Made by a program: the position numbers and the translations under genes. Shown here in pieces: positions 49,944 to 59,140 of a stretch of 64,000 nt of DNA. Position 1 is the stretch's first letter; every line of letters begins with the position of its first letter. Below the pieces are notes generated by a model that worked only from the letters and a program-made list of their open reading frames with translations, did no database searches and was not told the DNA's origin. This DNA is from an uncultured Acidobacteriota bacterium (GTDB taxonomy: Bacteria > Acidobacteriota > Polarisedimenticolia > J045), in contig CAVPCQ010000018.1 in assembly GCA_963702425.1 (NCBI GenBank), positions 1 through 64,000 of the forward strand. The letters run 5' to 3'.

Positions 49944-51728
49944 CTACCAGTGGGCGAAGATCTCCTCCAGGAAGGCCTGGAAGAAGCGCTGCTGGAACAG
50001 CCAGGCGAGGATCAGCCCCGAGAGCCCCAGGAGCGCCGGCCCGTAGGCCGCGGCACGCGGCGCGGCGGCGACCGCCGTCGCCGAACGCGGTGCCGGCGGG
50101 TGCGCCGCCGCCCCTTCGGCCTGCAGGCGCCGATCCTCCTGCAGCAGGCCGGACAGCTCGCGCGCCACCTCCTCGGCCGAGGTGATGCGCGCGTGTGCCG
50201 GCGCGAGCAGCCGCGCCAGGATCCGCACGAAGCCCTGCGGCAGGTCGACCCGCCGGGCGAGGTTCGCCACCGCGTCGTCCACCGACTCGGGCGGAGAGGC
50301 CGCGAAGAGCATCTCGTAGATCACTGCGCCCAGCGAGAACAGGTCCGCCGAGTGCGAGCGGCCCCCCTCGGGGGCGGCGTACCAGTTGCGCTGCGCCGAA
50401 CCGTCGTTGGCATAGTGCTCGGGGAGGCCGAAGTCGGTGACCTTGACGCCGCCGTCGCGACCGAACATCACGTTCGACGGCCGGACGTTGCCGTGCACGA
50501 TACCCTCGCGCGCGGCGAACGCGAGGCCCTGTGCGACCTCGCGCGCCACACGCACCGCTTCGCGCCACGGGTGCGGCTGCACCAGGCGCTCGCGCAGGTC
50601 GCCGCCGTCGCAGTGCTCCATCACCATGATGAACGATTCGTCGCGCTCGCCGACGACGTGGATCTTGCAGATGTTGGGGTGGTCGACGCGCATCATGGCG
50701 CGGGCGACCCGCAGCGCCTCGTTGTCCCTCTGGTAGCGCTTGACGACGATCTTCTCGCCGCCGGGGCCGCCCTTGCGGACCAGGTAGACCGACCGGCGGT
50801 CGTCCTGGCGGATGACGTCGAGCAGCTCGAATCCGCCGGGGGTGTCGAGCGACGACGCCGCGCCGCGCCGGACGCGGTCTTCGATATGGCGGCCTTCCAG
50901 CGCGTTGATCAGCGCCTCGCGGAAGACGCCGGAATCGGTGAAGCGCGCCGTCGGGTTGACCGCCAGCGCCTTCTCGATGATCGGGCGGATCCGGTCCGGA
51001 ATGTCCGCGCCGGGCAGCGTCAGGCCCGGTCCCGGCGGCAGCTTGCCGGTGATGATCCGGTGCAGGATGACGCCGAGGGAGTAGACGTCGGCCTCCGGGC
51101 CGACGAAGTCGAACGCCGAGCGCTGCTCGGGCGCCATGAAGGCGCGCGTGCCGAGCGCCGTCTTGGGCGAGGGTCCGGTATCGAGATCCAGGCCCTCCGC
51201 CGCGCGCCGCACCGCCGCGATTCCGAAATCGGACAGCTTCACCTGCCCGTTGCGGCTGACGAGGATGTTGGCGGGCTTGACATCGCGGTGGATGACCTTG
51301 TTGCGGTGCGCGTAGGCCAGTCCTCGCGACGCCTGGACCAGGATCCAGATCGCGCGGTCGCGGGACAGGTCGCCTGCCGTCAGCATCTCCTGGAGCGTCT
51401 TCCCCTCCACGTACTCCATCACGAAGAACGGCCCCGCGGGCGTCGCGCCGCGGTCGATGATGTGAACGAGGTTGGGGTGGTTGAGGCGGGCCAGGACGCG
51501 CGCTTCCTGCTCGAAGAAGGCGACCATCTCCTGCTGGCTCAGGTGCTCGTGGCGCAGGATCTTGACGGCCACGCGCCGGCCGAGCGAGGTCTGCTCCGCC
51601 TCCCAGACCTCGGCGAAGCCGCCGCGGGCCAGCAGACGGATGAGGTCGAGGCCGGGCACGAGTTCGAGCCGGTCGCGCTTCGGCAGCGCGGCCGGCGGCC
51701 GTTCCAGGATTGTCCCCACTCCCGTCAT
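49944..51728 (-). CDS. Ser/Thr protein kinase with second degenerate kinase domain and C-terminal TM
   Basis: GGFAEV, VAVK, HRDVKPAN, DFG, APE; second domain HGNVRPSN, DFG; start ATG 51728. Confidence 0.88.
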   Translation of the reverse strand: MTGVGTILERPPAALPKRDRLELVPGLDLIRLLARGGFAEVWEAEQTSLGRRVAVKILRHEHLSQQEMVAFFEQEARVLARLNHPNLVHIIDRGATPAGPFFVMEYVEGKTLQEMLTAGDLSRDRAIWILVQASRGLAYAHRNKVIHRDVKPANILVSRNGQVKLSDFGIAAVRRAAEGLDLDTGPSPKTALGTRAFMAPEQRSAFDFVGPEADVYSLGVILHRIITGKLPPGPGLTLPGADIPDRIRPIIEKALAVNPTARFTDSGVFREALINALEGRHIEDRVRRGAASSLDTPGGFELLDVIRQDDRRSVYLVRKGGPGGEKIVVKRYQRDNEALRVARAMMRVDHPNICKIHVVGERDESFIMVMEHCDGGDLRERLVQPHPWREAVRVAREVAQGLAFAAREGIVHGNVRPSNVMFGRDGGVKVTDFGLPEHYANDGSAQRNWYAAPEGGRSHSADLFSLGAVIYEMLFAASPPESVDDAVANLARRVDLPQGFVRILARLLAPAHARITSAEEVARELSGLLQEDRRLQAEGAAAHPPAPRSATAVAAAPRAAAYGPALLGLSGLILAWLFQQRFFQAFLEEIFAHW

Positions 51729-51957
51729 CGCTCTCCCCGTCTCCGGCTTCGAGACGCCCTGCCAAGAACTTAGGTCGCGGGAGGGTCCGCGTCCGCCCCG
51801 AACGGGCCGCGTCCCGCGATCGGCTGCGGGGCGGCCGGGGAGGGCCCGCGACCGACCGCCGAATCCGGGGAAAACCCCGTCAGACAAGAGGTTCCGGGGA
51901 GGTTTGGAACTCAATGAAACTCAGTTAGACTGAGGCCTTCTTGCTTGGAGAGCCTCG

Positions 51958-53385
51958 ATGCAGCGCTTTTTCGCGCCCATGACTCGCCATCCGCTGAGCC
52001 TGGCGGGTGCGGCGCTGACGACCGCATCCGCGGTCCTGATCCTGAGCGTCTTCCTGCTCCAGCTCGCCGGATTCGAGGGGGGGCCCTACAGCGGGATCCT
52101 CGCCTACCTGGTCCTGCCGGGGTTCTTCGTCTTCGGCCTGCTGCTGATCCCGATCGGGTTGCGGCTGCAGCGCCGGCGGGAAGCGATCGCCGCCGCCGGC
52201 GGCGCGCCGGTGAAGAACCTGCCGGTCATCGATCTCAACGTGCCGCGCACGCGGCAGTTCTTCCTGACCTTCCTGGGGCTCACGGTCGCCAACGTCCTGA
52301 TCCTCGGGCTCGTCGGCTACAAGGGCGTGGAGGTCCTCGACTCGACCCCCTTCTGCGGGCAGGCCTGCCACTCCGTCATGGACCCCGAGTTCACGGCCTA
52401 CAGCCGCTCTCCGCACGCGCGCGTCGGCTGCGTCGACTGCCACATCGGCCCCGGCGCGGACTGGTTCGTGAAGTCGAAGCTGTCGGGTGCCTGGCAGGTC
52501 GTGTCGGTCAACCTCAACCTCTACCCCCGGCCGATCCCGACCCCGGTCCACAATCTCCGCCCCGCGCGCGAGACGTGCGAGCAGTGCCACTGGCCCGAGA
52601 AGTTCGTCGGCGACCGGCTGCGCGTACGCACCCACTACGACGAGGACGAGGCCAACACCGAGAAGAAGACCGTGCTCCTGGTCAAGGTCGGCGGGCTCAA
52701 GCGCGAGGAGGGGATCGCCGGCACGATCTCGCAGGGGATCCACTGGCACATCGACAAGAACATCCAGATCCGCTACCTCTCCGACGAGTCGCGTCAGAAC
52801 GTCTACGCGGTGGAACTCAAGCGCGCCGACGGGACGGTCGAGAGCTACGCCCGCGACAAGAAGCCCGAGGCCGGCGAGAAGACCGAGTGGCGCACGATGG
52901 ACTGCGTCGACTGCCACAACCGTCCGACGCACATCTACCGCCTGCCGCAGAACGAGATCGACGGCGCGCTCGATGTCGGCCGGATCGACCGCTCGCTGCC
53001 GTTCATCAAGCGTGAGGGGATGAAGGCGCTGAAGGTCGAGTACTCCTCGCACGAAGCGGCGAAGGCCGGGATCACGGCCCAGATCAGCGAGTTCTACGCG
53101 AAGAACTACCCGGAGGCCGCCCGGGAGAAGAAGGTGGCAGTCGAGGCCGCCGGCGCGGAGCTGGGCCACATCTACAGCGTCAACGTCTTCCCGTCGATGA
53201 ACATCCAGTGGGGGACCTATCCCAACCACCTCGGCCACCAGGACTTCCCGGGCTGCTTCCGCTGCCACGACGACGAGCTGAAGTCGGCCAGCGGCAAGAA
53301 GATCGAGCAGGACTGCACGCAGTGCCACTCGCTGCTGGCGATGGAGGAGGCGAACCCCGAGATCCTCGCGCAGCTGAACCCGTAG
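51958..53385 (+). CDS. NapC/NirT-like membrane-anchored multiheme cytochrome c
   Basis: Three N-terminal TM segments; CGQACH plus CVDCH, CEQCH, CVDCH, CFRCH, CTQCH. Confidence 0.9.
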   Translation: MQRFFAPMTRHPLSLAGAALTTASAVLILSVFLLQLAGFEGGPYSGILAYLVLPGFFVFGLLLIPIGLRLQRRREAIAAAGGAPVKNLPVIDLNVPRTRQFFLTFLGLTVANVLILGLVGYKGVEVLDSTPFCGQACHSVMDPEFTAYSRSPHARVGCVDCHIGPGADWFVKSKLSGAWQVVSVNLNLYPRPIPTPVHNLRPARETCEQCHWPEKFVGDRLRVRTHYDEDEANTEKKTVLLVKVGGLKREEGIAGTISQGIHWHIDKNIQIRYLSDESRQNVYAVELKRADGTVESYARDKKPEAGEKTEWRTMDCVDCHNRPTHIYRLPQNEIDGALDVGRIDRSLPFIKREGMKALKVEYSSHEAAKAGITAQISEFYAKNYPEAAREKKVAVEAAGAELGHIYSVNVFPSMNIQWGTYPNHLGHQDFPGCFRCHDDELKSASGKKIEQDCTQCHSLLAMEEANPEILAQLNP

Positions 53386-53548
53386 GGGCCGCCCTCTGTG
53401 GCGGCCCGAAAAAAGCGCAACCGGTAGGGGCCGCCCTCTGTGGCGGCCCGAAAGAAGCGCGCCATGCGGGCTGAACCCGCAGGGGCCGCCCTCCGTGGCG
53501 GCCCGAAAGAAACGCGTCGTGCGGGCCGGCACGGAGGCCGGCCCCTAC
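53382..53548. repeat. GTAG-REP palindrome cluster 3
   Basis: Forward units at 53382, 53424 and 53479 (GCAG variant), inverted unit 53523-53548. Confidence 0.88.
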
Positions 53549-54294
53549 TCTTCTTCGGGGATCCGCTCCGGCATCCCTTCCACCCGCACCCAGTCGCTCT
53601 GCTCCGGCAGGTGCGGCTTGCCGGCGAAGTCGATGAAGTGGCCGGAACGGTTGGCCTTGGTCTGCAGGTAGAAGAGGTTGTGCGGGTTGGAGGGGAGGAT
53701 GTGCGGCACCCGTCCGCTGACCGTGACGCCGTACTCCCGCAACTGGTCGACCTTCCGCGGGTTGTTGGTCATCAGCTGGATCGACTTCGCTCCCAGGCTG
53801 TCGATCATGTGGGCGGCGATCGCGTAGTCGCGCTCGTCGTCGCGGAAGCCGAGCGCGAGGTTGGCCTCGACGGTGTCGAGCCCCCGGTCCTGCAGCGCGT
53901 AGGCGCGGATCTTGTTGATCAGGCCGATCCCGCGGCCCTCCTGGCGCATGTACAGCACGATCCCGTGCGGCAGCTCGCCCACGCGGCGCAGCGCGGCTTC
54001 GAGTTGGTCGCGGCAGTCGCAACGCAGCGAGCCCAGCGCGTCGCCGGTCAGGCACTCGGAGTGCAGGCGGCAGGGCACGTTCTCCTGCGCGCGGACGTCG
54101 CCCCGGAGGATCGCGACGTGCTCCTTGCTGTCGCGGTTGTTCCAGAAGGCGACGATCGAGAAGTCCCCGAAGCGGGTCGGCAGGTCGGCGACGCCGACGA
54201 TCCGGACGCACAGGCGCTCGGGGCCGTACCCCGGGCATTCGTGGTCGCGATCGCGCTCGACGAGCTGCTGCAGTTCCGCGGTGACGGAGGTCAT
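53545..54294 (-). CDS. ribA: GTP cyclohydrolase II
   Basis: LPTRFG, RLHSECLTGDALGSLRCDC, QEGRGIGL, DTVEAN, MTNNP; start ATG 54294 (ATGA overlap). Confidence 0.95.
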   Translation of the reverse strand: MTSVTAELQQLVERDRDHECPGYGPERLCVRIVGVADLPTRFGDFSIVAFWNNRDSKEHVAILRGDVRAQENVPCRLHSECLTGDALGSLRCDCRDQLEAALRRVGELPHGIVLYMRQEGRGIGLINKIRAYALQDRGLDTVEANLALGFRDDERDYAIAAHMIDSLGAKSIQLMTNNPRKVDQLREYGVTVSGRVPHILPSNPHNLFYLQTKANRSGHFIDFAGKPHLPEQSDWVRVEGMPERIPEEE

Positions 54295-55331
54295 GCCGTG
54301 TCCTCTTGGATCCGGTCGGCCAGGCGCCGGCCGGAAAGGTACGCCGCTTCGACGCCGCCGCCGGGAGCGAAGAGCTCGCCGGCGAGCCCGAGCCGCGCGC
54401 CGCCGGGGAAGCCGACGAGCAGCGGGTTCGACAGCTCGGAGCCGCGATCGACGCGCGCGTAGCGCCAGCGGTGCGTCTGGTGCCAGACGGGACGCACGGC
54501 CCATTCGCCGCACAGCCGACCCGCCTCCTCCAGCATCTCGGCGGCCCACCGCGCCGAGTCCGCCTCGAGCCGCTCGCGCGACCAGCCCGGGCGCGCCTGG
54601 TAGACCATGACGCACTGGGTCGGCGCTGCGCGCTTCGCCGAGTCGTGCGCGATCAACTGCATCACGCGCGACGACTCGGGGTAGCAGAGATCGAACCGCG
54701 TCGCGTCGCCCATGCCCTGCGGATACCCCGCCATGACCGTCAGGCAGGGGAGCGTTCCCAGCATCGCAAGCAGCGCGCGGACGCCGTCCAGCCCCGCGAT
54801 GCCGGCCGGCAGCGTCGCCAGCAGATCCCGCGCCTGCTCGAGCGGCAGCGCCAGGACGACCGTCTCCGCGTCGAGCCGGCCGCCGTCCTCCAGCTCGAGC
54901 CCGAGCCGCGTCCCCGCCAGCGCGAGCGAGGTCACGCGGGTCTGCAGCCGGATACGCAGGTTGCGCGCCAGGTGCTTGGGGAAGGCGCTCGCCCCCTCGG
55001 CAAAGGCGACGCGGCGTTCGCCCGGCGCGAAGGCGTCGGGCTGGCACGGGCTCCCGCTGCCGATCACCGCGGCGGGCCAGCCCTCGAGCGCCGTTCCGGC
55101 CCCGTCGGCGGCAACGGCGTCGAGCGCGGCGAGAAAAGTGGGGTCCCGGCCGTGCAGGAACGCGATGCCGTGATCGACCGGCTGTCCCTCCACCCGGCGC
55201 GTGGCGCAGCGCCCGCCGACGCCCCGGGCCTTGTCGATCACGAGGACGTCGTGCCCGGTCAGCGCGAGGCTCCGCGCGCACTCGAGCCCGGCAACGCCCG
55301 CACCGACGATGACGACGGGACCGCCCAGCAG
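54291..55331 (-). CDS. Renalase-like FAD/NAD(P)-dependent oxidoreductase
   Basis: IVGAGVAGL, DKARGVGGRCATRR, DHG, HRWRYA, VEAAYLSG; start uncertain, possibly CTG 55331. Confidence 0.85.
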   Translation of the reverse strand: MLGGPVVIVGAGVAGLECARSLALTGHDVLVIDKARGVGGRCATRRVEGQPVDHGIAFLHGRDPTFLAALDAVAADGAGTALEGWPAAVIGSGSPCQPDAFAPGERRVAFAEGASAFPKHLARNLRIRLQTRVTSLALAGTRLGLELEDGGRLDAETVVLALPLEQARDLLATLPAGIAGLDGVRALLAMLGTLPCLTVMAGYPQGMGDATRFDLCYPESSRVMQLIAHDSAKRAAPTQCVMVYQARPGWSRERLEADSARWAAEMLEEAGRLCGEWAVRPVWHQTHRWRYARVDRGSELSNPLLVGFPGGARLGLAGELFAPGGGVEAAYLSGRRLADRIQEDTA

Positions 55332-55356
55332 GACCCACCTCCCGGAAGCGGCCAGT

Positions 55357-56487
55357 CTATGCCCCGGTCGCGTCGCCCGCCCAGCCGGCGGCGGGTGCCG
55401 GTGGCACCGGCGGCGGCGGTCCGGGTGCCGCGGGTCGTTCCGGCGGCGTTCCGTCCGGGTTCCAGTCCGGCAGCGCCGGGTCGAGCGCACGCACGAAGGC
55501 GTAGGACCAGGCGCGGAAGAGCAGCGGGATCGGCACGGTCACGGTGGAGAGGATCCAGGCGGCCATGAAGAACGCGGCGAGCGCGATCGGGGCCAGGATC
55601 ACGGCCGAGGCCGGGAAGCTGGCGACGATCAGTGCCGCCACGACCCCGACCGCGGCCGGCCAGATCCAGAGACAGCAGCTGAAACAGGTGGCGAACGTGA
55701 TCGCGAGGATCGCGACGAGGCCGACCAGGACCCGCATCAGGAGAAAGAAGAGCGACGGGCCGAGGCGCGAAAAGAACAACCGGAGGGCACGGGCGAAGCA
55801 GGTCCAGAAGCCGGCTCCGGACGTCCACGCCAGGGGGACGACGAAATCGTGCGCGAACCACTCGGTCAACCCGAGCGAGACGCCGACCGGGAGCCCGTAG
55901 GCGATGGAGAAGAGGACCGGAAGCGCAAGGTCTCCGGCTTCGGGGCTCCACCCGCTCATCACGTCGCGGAGGATCGGCCACCAGATGACGGCCAGCGGCA
56001 GCAGCAGGACGATGGCCGCGAGCGCGAGCAGCAGCTCGAAGCCGAAGTAGGCCAGGCCGGGGCCGGCCGTGCGCGCGAACACGCCCCTGATCCGCGGCGC
56101 TCCGGAGAGCACGCCGTCGAGCAGGACGAAGCGGAAGCGGCAGCGCAGGTAGAGCAGGAACAGCCCGAGCAGGACCGCGAGGCCGAGCAGCGTCGCGATC
56201 AGCGGCACGGTCCAGGCGATCTTCGCGAAGGCCGAGAACGGATCGGCAGGCAGACCGCTCGCCGCCGCCGCGCGGGAGCCGGAGCGGAGGAGATCGGGAT
56301 CTCTCCAGCTTCCGCCGGTCCCGTAGTGGTTGCCCAGCCCGCCCGCCAGCAGCGCGAGCAAGCCCCACCAGAGCCAGTTCTCCAGCCGCGCCTCTCGGCC
56401 GTGGAAGAGCAGCCAGGTCATCCGCCGCCAGCCGGAGGAGAGGGCGTCGATGACGGGGGCGAGGGGATCAGAGGTCGGAGCGCTCAT
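55357..56487 (-). CDS. Multi-pass membrane protein of unknown function
   Basis: GAGGAGG before ATG 56487; several hydrophobic segments; Pro-rich tail. Confidence 0.8.
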   Translation of the reverse strand: MSAPTSDPLAPVIDALSSGWRRMTWLLFHGREARLENWLWWGLLALLAGGLGNHYGTGGSWRDPDLLRSGSRAAAASGLPADPFSAFAKIAWTVPLIATLLGLAVLLGLFLLYLRCRFRFVLLDGVLSGAPRIRGVFARTAGPGLAYFGFELLLALAAIVLLLPLAVIWWPILRDVMSGWSPEAGDLALPVLFSIAYGLPVGVSLGLTEWFAHDFVVPLAWTSGAGFWTCFARALRLFFSRLGPSLFFLLMRVLVGLVAILAITFATCFSCCLWIWPAAVGVVAALIVASFPASAVILAPIALAAFFMAAWILSTVTVPIPLLFRAWSYAFVRALDPALPDWNPDGTPPERPAAPGPPPPVPPAPAAGWAGDATGA

Positions 56488-56622
56488 CGAGGCCTCCTCG
56501 GCGCGGACGCGGCCGAGATCGCGGAGAATGATAGGGCTGGCCGCCGGGGACACAGGCGCCGCTCGCAGCCCGGCGGGAGCCGTCCGGGCTGGCGCGGCGC
56601 TCGGCCGGCCGCTGGAGAGCGC

Positions 56623-57033
56623 ATGGCGCGACGGACAGGGGCGCGGGGCGGGCCGGGCGCGAGGGTGCACGCGGAGGTGCCGGCTGCCCGCGGCGGGGCT
56701 TTTGCCGCGATCTACGCCCTGGTCCGCCGCATTCCGCGGGGGCGGGTGATGACCTACGGCCAGATCGCGACCCTGCTCGGGAACCGGCTCTCGCCGCGCG
56801 CGGTCGGCTGGGCGATGCACGGCTGCCCGCCGGGGGTCCCGTGGCAGCGCGTGGTCAACGCCGCGGGCGGCTGCTCCACCGAGCGGATGCCCGACGTTCC
56901 GCCGGGCCTGCAGCGCGCGCTGCTCGAGGCCGAAGGAGTACGCTTCAAGCCGAACGGGACGCTCGAGCTGGAGCGCACCCGCTGGTCGCCGCCGGTGGCG
57001 CGGGGCCGGTCCCGGCGAGGGGAGGAAGCGTGA
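56623..57033 (+). CDS. Alkyltransferase-like protein (Atl/YbaZ type)
   Basis: IPRGRVMTYGQIA, PRAVGWAM, VPWQRVVN (Trp replaces catalytic Cys), LLEAEGV. Confidence 0.88.
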   Translation: MARRTGARGGPGARVHAEVPAARGGAFAAIYALVRRIPRGRVMTYGQIATLLGNRLSPRAVGWAMHGCPPGVPWQRVVNAAGGCSTERMPDVPPGLQRALLEAEGVRFKPNGTLELERTRWSPPVARGRSRRGEEA

Positions 57034-58358
57034 GCGCGGAGACCTGGCTGCCGCTCCTGCTCGTTGCGCTCGGTGCGATGGCCTTCGGTGCCGCGGCGGC
57101 GTGGCTGGTGACGCGAGCCCGTCTCGCCACCCTCGCGGTCCAGCTCGAGGAACGCGACCGCGCCGCCGCCGCGCGCGAGACGCTGCTGGCGGACTCCGAG
57201 AGTGCGCTGCGCCAGACCTTCGAAGCGCTCGCGGCCCAAGCCCTGCGCCACAACAACCAGTCGTTCCTCGAGCTGGCCGCGTCGCGCTTCGGCGAACTGA
57301 AGGCCGACGCGGGCCAGGAGCTCGAGGCCCGCCGCCAGGCCGTCGAGCAGCTCGTGAAGCCGATCCGGGAGGCGCTGACCGGGATCGACGGCGAGCTGAA
57401 GAAGGCCGAGTCGCTGCGCCTGCAGGGGACCGCCCGCCTCGACGAGCAGCTCAGGATGATCGCCGGCGCGCACGGCGACCTGAAGGCCGAGACGCAGCGG
57501 CTGGTCCGTGCGCTCCGGGCGCCCGACGTGCGCGGCCGCTGGGGCGAAATTCAGCTCCAGCGCGTGGTCGAGATGGCGGGGATGCTCGAGTACTGCGATT
57601 TCGTCCAGCAGGAGACCCGCGACGGGGACGAGGGCCGGCTGCGGCCCGACCTCGTCGTGCGGCTGCCGGGCGGGAAGAGCATCATCGTCGACGCCAAGAC
57701 GCCGCTCGTCGGCTACCTCGCCGCGGCGGAGGCGACCGACGACGCGACGCGCGACGACCGGCTGCGCGAGCACGCGGGGCACGTCCGCGCTCACCTGCGC
57801 AAGCTGGGCGAGAAGGCGTACTGGAGCCAGTTCAAGGCGGCGCCCGAGTTCGTCGTGATGTTCCTGCCCGGCGAAGCCTTCTTCGCCGAGGCGCTGCGGC
57901 ACGATCCCGGGCTGATCGAGTACGGCGTGGAGTCGCACGTCATCCCGGCCAGCCCGATCACGCTGATCGCGCTGCTCCGCGCCGTCGCCTACGGCTGGCA
58001 GCAGGAGCGGATGGCCGAGAACGCCGAGCGCGTCAGCGAGCTCGGGCGCGAGCTCTACAAGCGCCTGAACCTGCTGGTCGAGAAGTTTGCAGCGGTCGGC
58101 CGCAACCTCGGCCAGGCGGTGCAGGCGTACAACGAGGCGGTCGGGTCGCTCGAGTCGCGCTACCTGCCCCAGGCGCGGAAGTTCCGGGAGCTCGGCGTCA
58201 GCACCGCGGAGGAGCTGCCGGTGCTGGAGCCCGTGACCCGCGCCCCGCGCCCGCTGGCGGTCGAGCCCGAGCCCGACGCCGACGCCGGGGTTTCCGAGGA
58301 GGTGGCCGCGCTCGCGGCCGAGGCCGACAATCCCGGGGAGAGAGAGGAAAAACGATGA
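57030..58358 (+). CDS. rmuC: DNA recombination protein RmuC
   Basis: N-terminal TM and coiled coil; RGRWGEIQL, RPD..V.LPG...IIVDAK, EFVVMFLPGE, SPITLIALL. Confidence 0.95.
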   Translation: MSAETWLPLLLVALGAMAFGAAAAWLVTRARLATLAVQLEERDRAAAARETLLADSESALRQTFEALAAQALRHNNQSFLELAASRFGELKADAGQELEARRQAVEQLVKPIREALTGIDGELKKAESLRLQGTARLDEQLRMIAGAHGDLKAETQRLVRALRAPDVRGRWGEIQLQRVVEMAGMLEYCDFVQQETRDGDEGRLRPDLVVRLPGGKSIIVDAKTPLVGYLAAAEATDDATRDDRLREHAGHVRAHLRKLGEKAYWSQFKAAPEFVVMFLPGEAFFAEALRHDPGLIEYGVESHVIPASPITLIALLRAVAYGWQQERMAENAERVSELGRELYKRLNLLVEKFAAVGRNLGQAVQAYNEAVGSLESRYLPQARKFRELGVSTAEELPVLEPVTRAPRPLAVEPEPDADAGVSEEVAALAAEADNPGEREEKR

Positions 58359-59137
58359 ACTTCCGCACCGCATCGACCCTGCTCGCGAGCTTCCTGCTGG
58401 TTCCGATCGCGTCCGCGCAATCGAGCGGATTCGACAACAGCGCGCTGCAGTCCAAGGGCTACGATGACGGCACCCTGCAGTCCAAGATCGCGACCAAGCT
58501 CTCCCAGGATGCCGCGCTCCAGGACGACCGGCTGACGGTCGCCGTCTCGAACGGGGTGGTGACCGTCTCCGGCACCGTGGACACGCTGTGGGAGACGTGG
58601 AAGGCGCGCGACGACGCGGCAAGCATGTTCGGTGTCGTCGGCTTCGAGTCGCAGCTGGAGATCGAGGACAGAGGGGTGCCCGACTCGTCGCTCCAGAACG
58701 CGGTCGAGGACGCTCTGCGGCGCAATCTGCTGGCCAGCCCGCAGGTCGGCACGATCGAGGCCTCGGTGCAGAACGGCGTGGTGACCTTCACCGGCACGGT
58801 GAGGGACGCGCGCAAGCGCTACGACGCGCGCGACGCGGCAGGCAAGCAGCCCGGCGTCAAGCAGGTCGTCGACCAGCTGCAGTCGCCGGCCAGCACGGAC
58901 GACCTGATCCAGCAGTCCGTGGCCTCGATCCTCGCCGGCGGGACCGGGACGCCGATCAGCGGCGACATCCGGACTACGGTGGAGGACGGCGTCGTGACGC
59001 TCAGCGGGACGACCCTGCTCCTCTCCGGGATCTACGGCGCGGAAGAGCGCGTGATGGGAGTCAACGGCGTCACCGGCGTCGTCCTGCAGCTCACCGTGCA
59101 GCCGCCCTCGCGCGAGGTGAAGACCCTGAGGCCGTAG
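58355..59137 (+). CDS. Secreted triple-BON-domain protein
   Basis: ATG 58355 overlapping rmuC stop; signal peptide; three V..GVVT.SGT...GV..V repeats. Confidence 0.88.
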   Translation: MNFRTASTLLASFLLVPIASAQSSGFDNSALQSKGYDDGTLQSKIATKLSQDAALQDDRLTVAVSNGVVTVSGTVDTLWETWKARDDAASMFGVVGFESQLEIEDRGVPDSSLQNAVEDALRRNLLASPQVGTIEASVQNGVVTFTGTVRDARKRYDARDAAGKQPGVKQVVDQLQSPASTDDLIQQSVASILAGGTGTPISGDIRTTVEDGVVTLSGTTLLLSGIYGAEERVMGVNGVTGVVLQLTVQPPSREVKTLRP

Positions 59138-59140
59138 GCG

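Noticed and set aside
53382-53548. Regularly spaced repeats resembling a mini CRISPR array
   Set aside because: GTAG-tagged palindromes in both orientations, short similar linkers, no cas genes; these are REPs.
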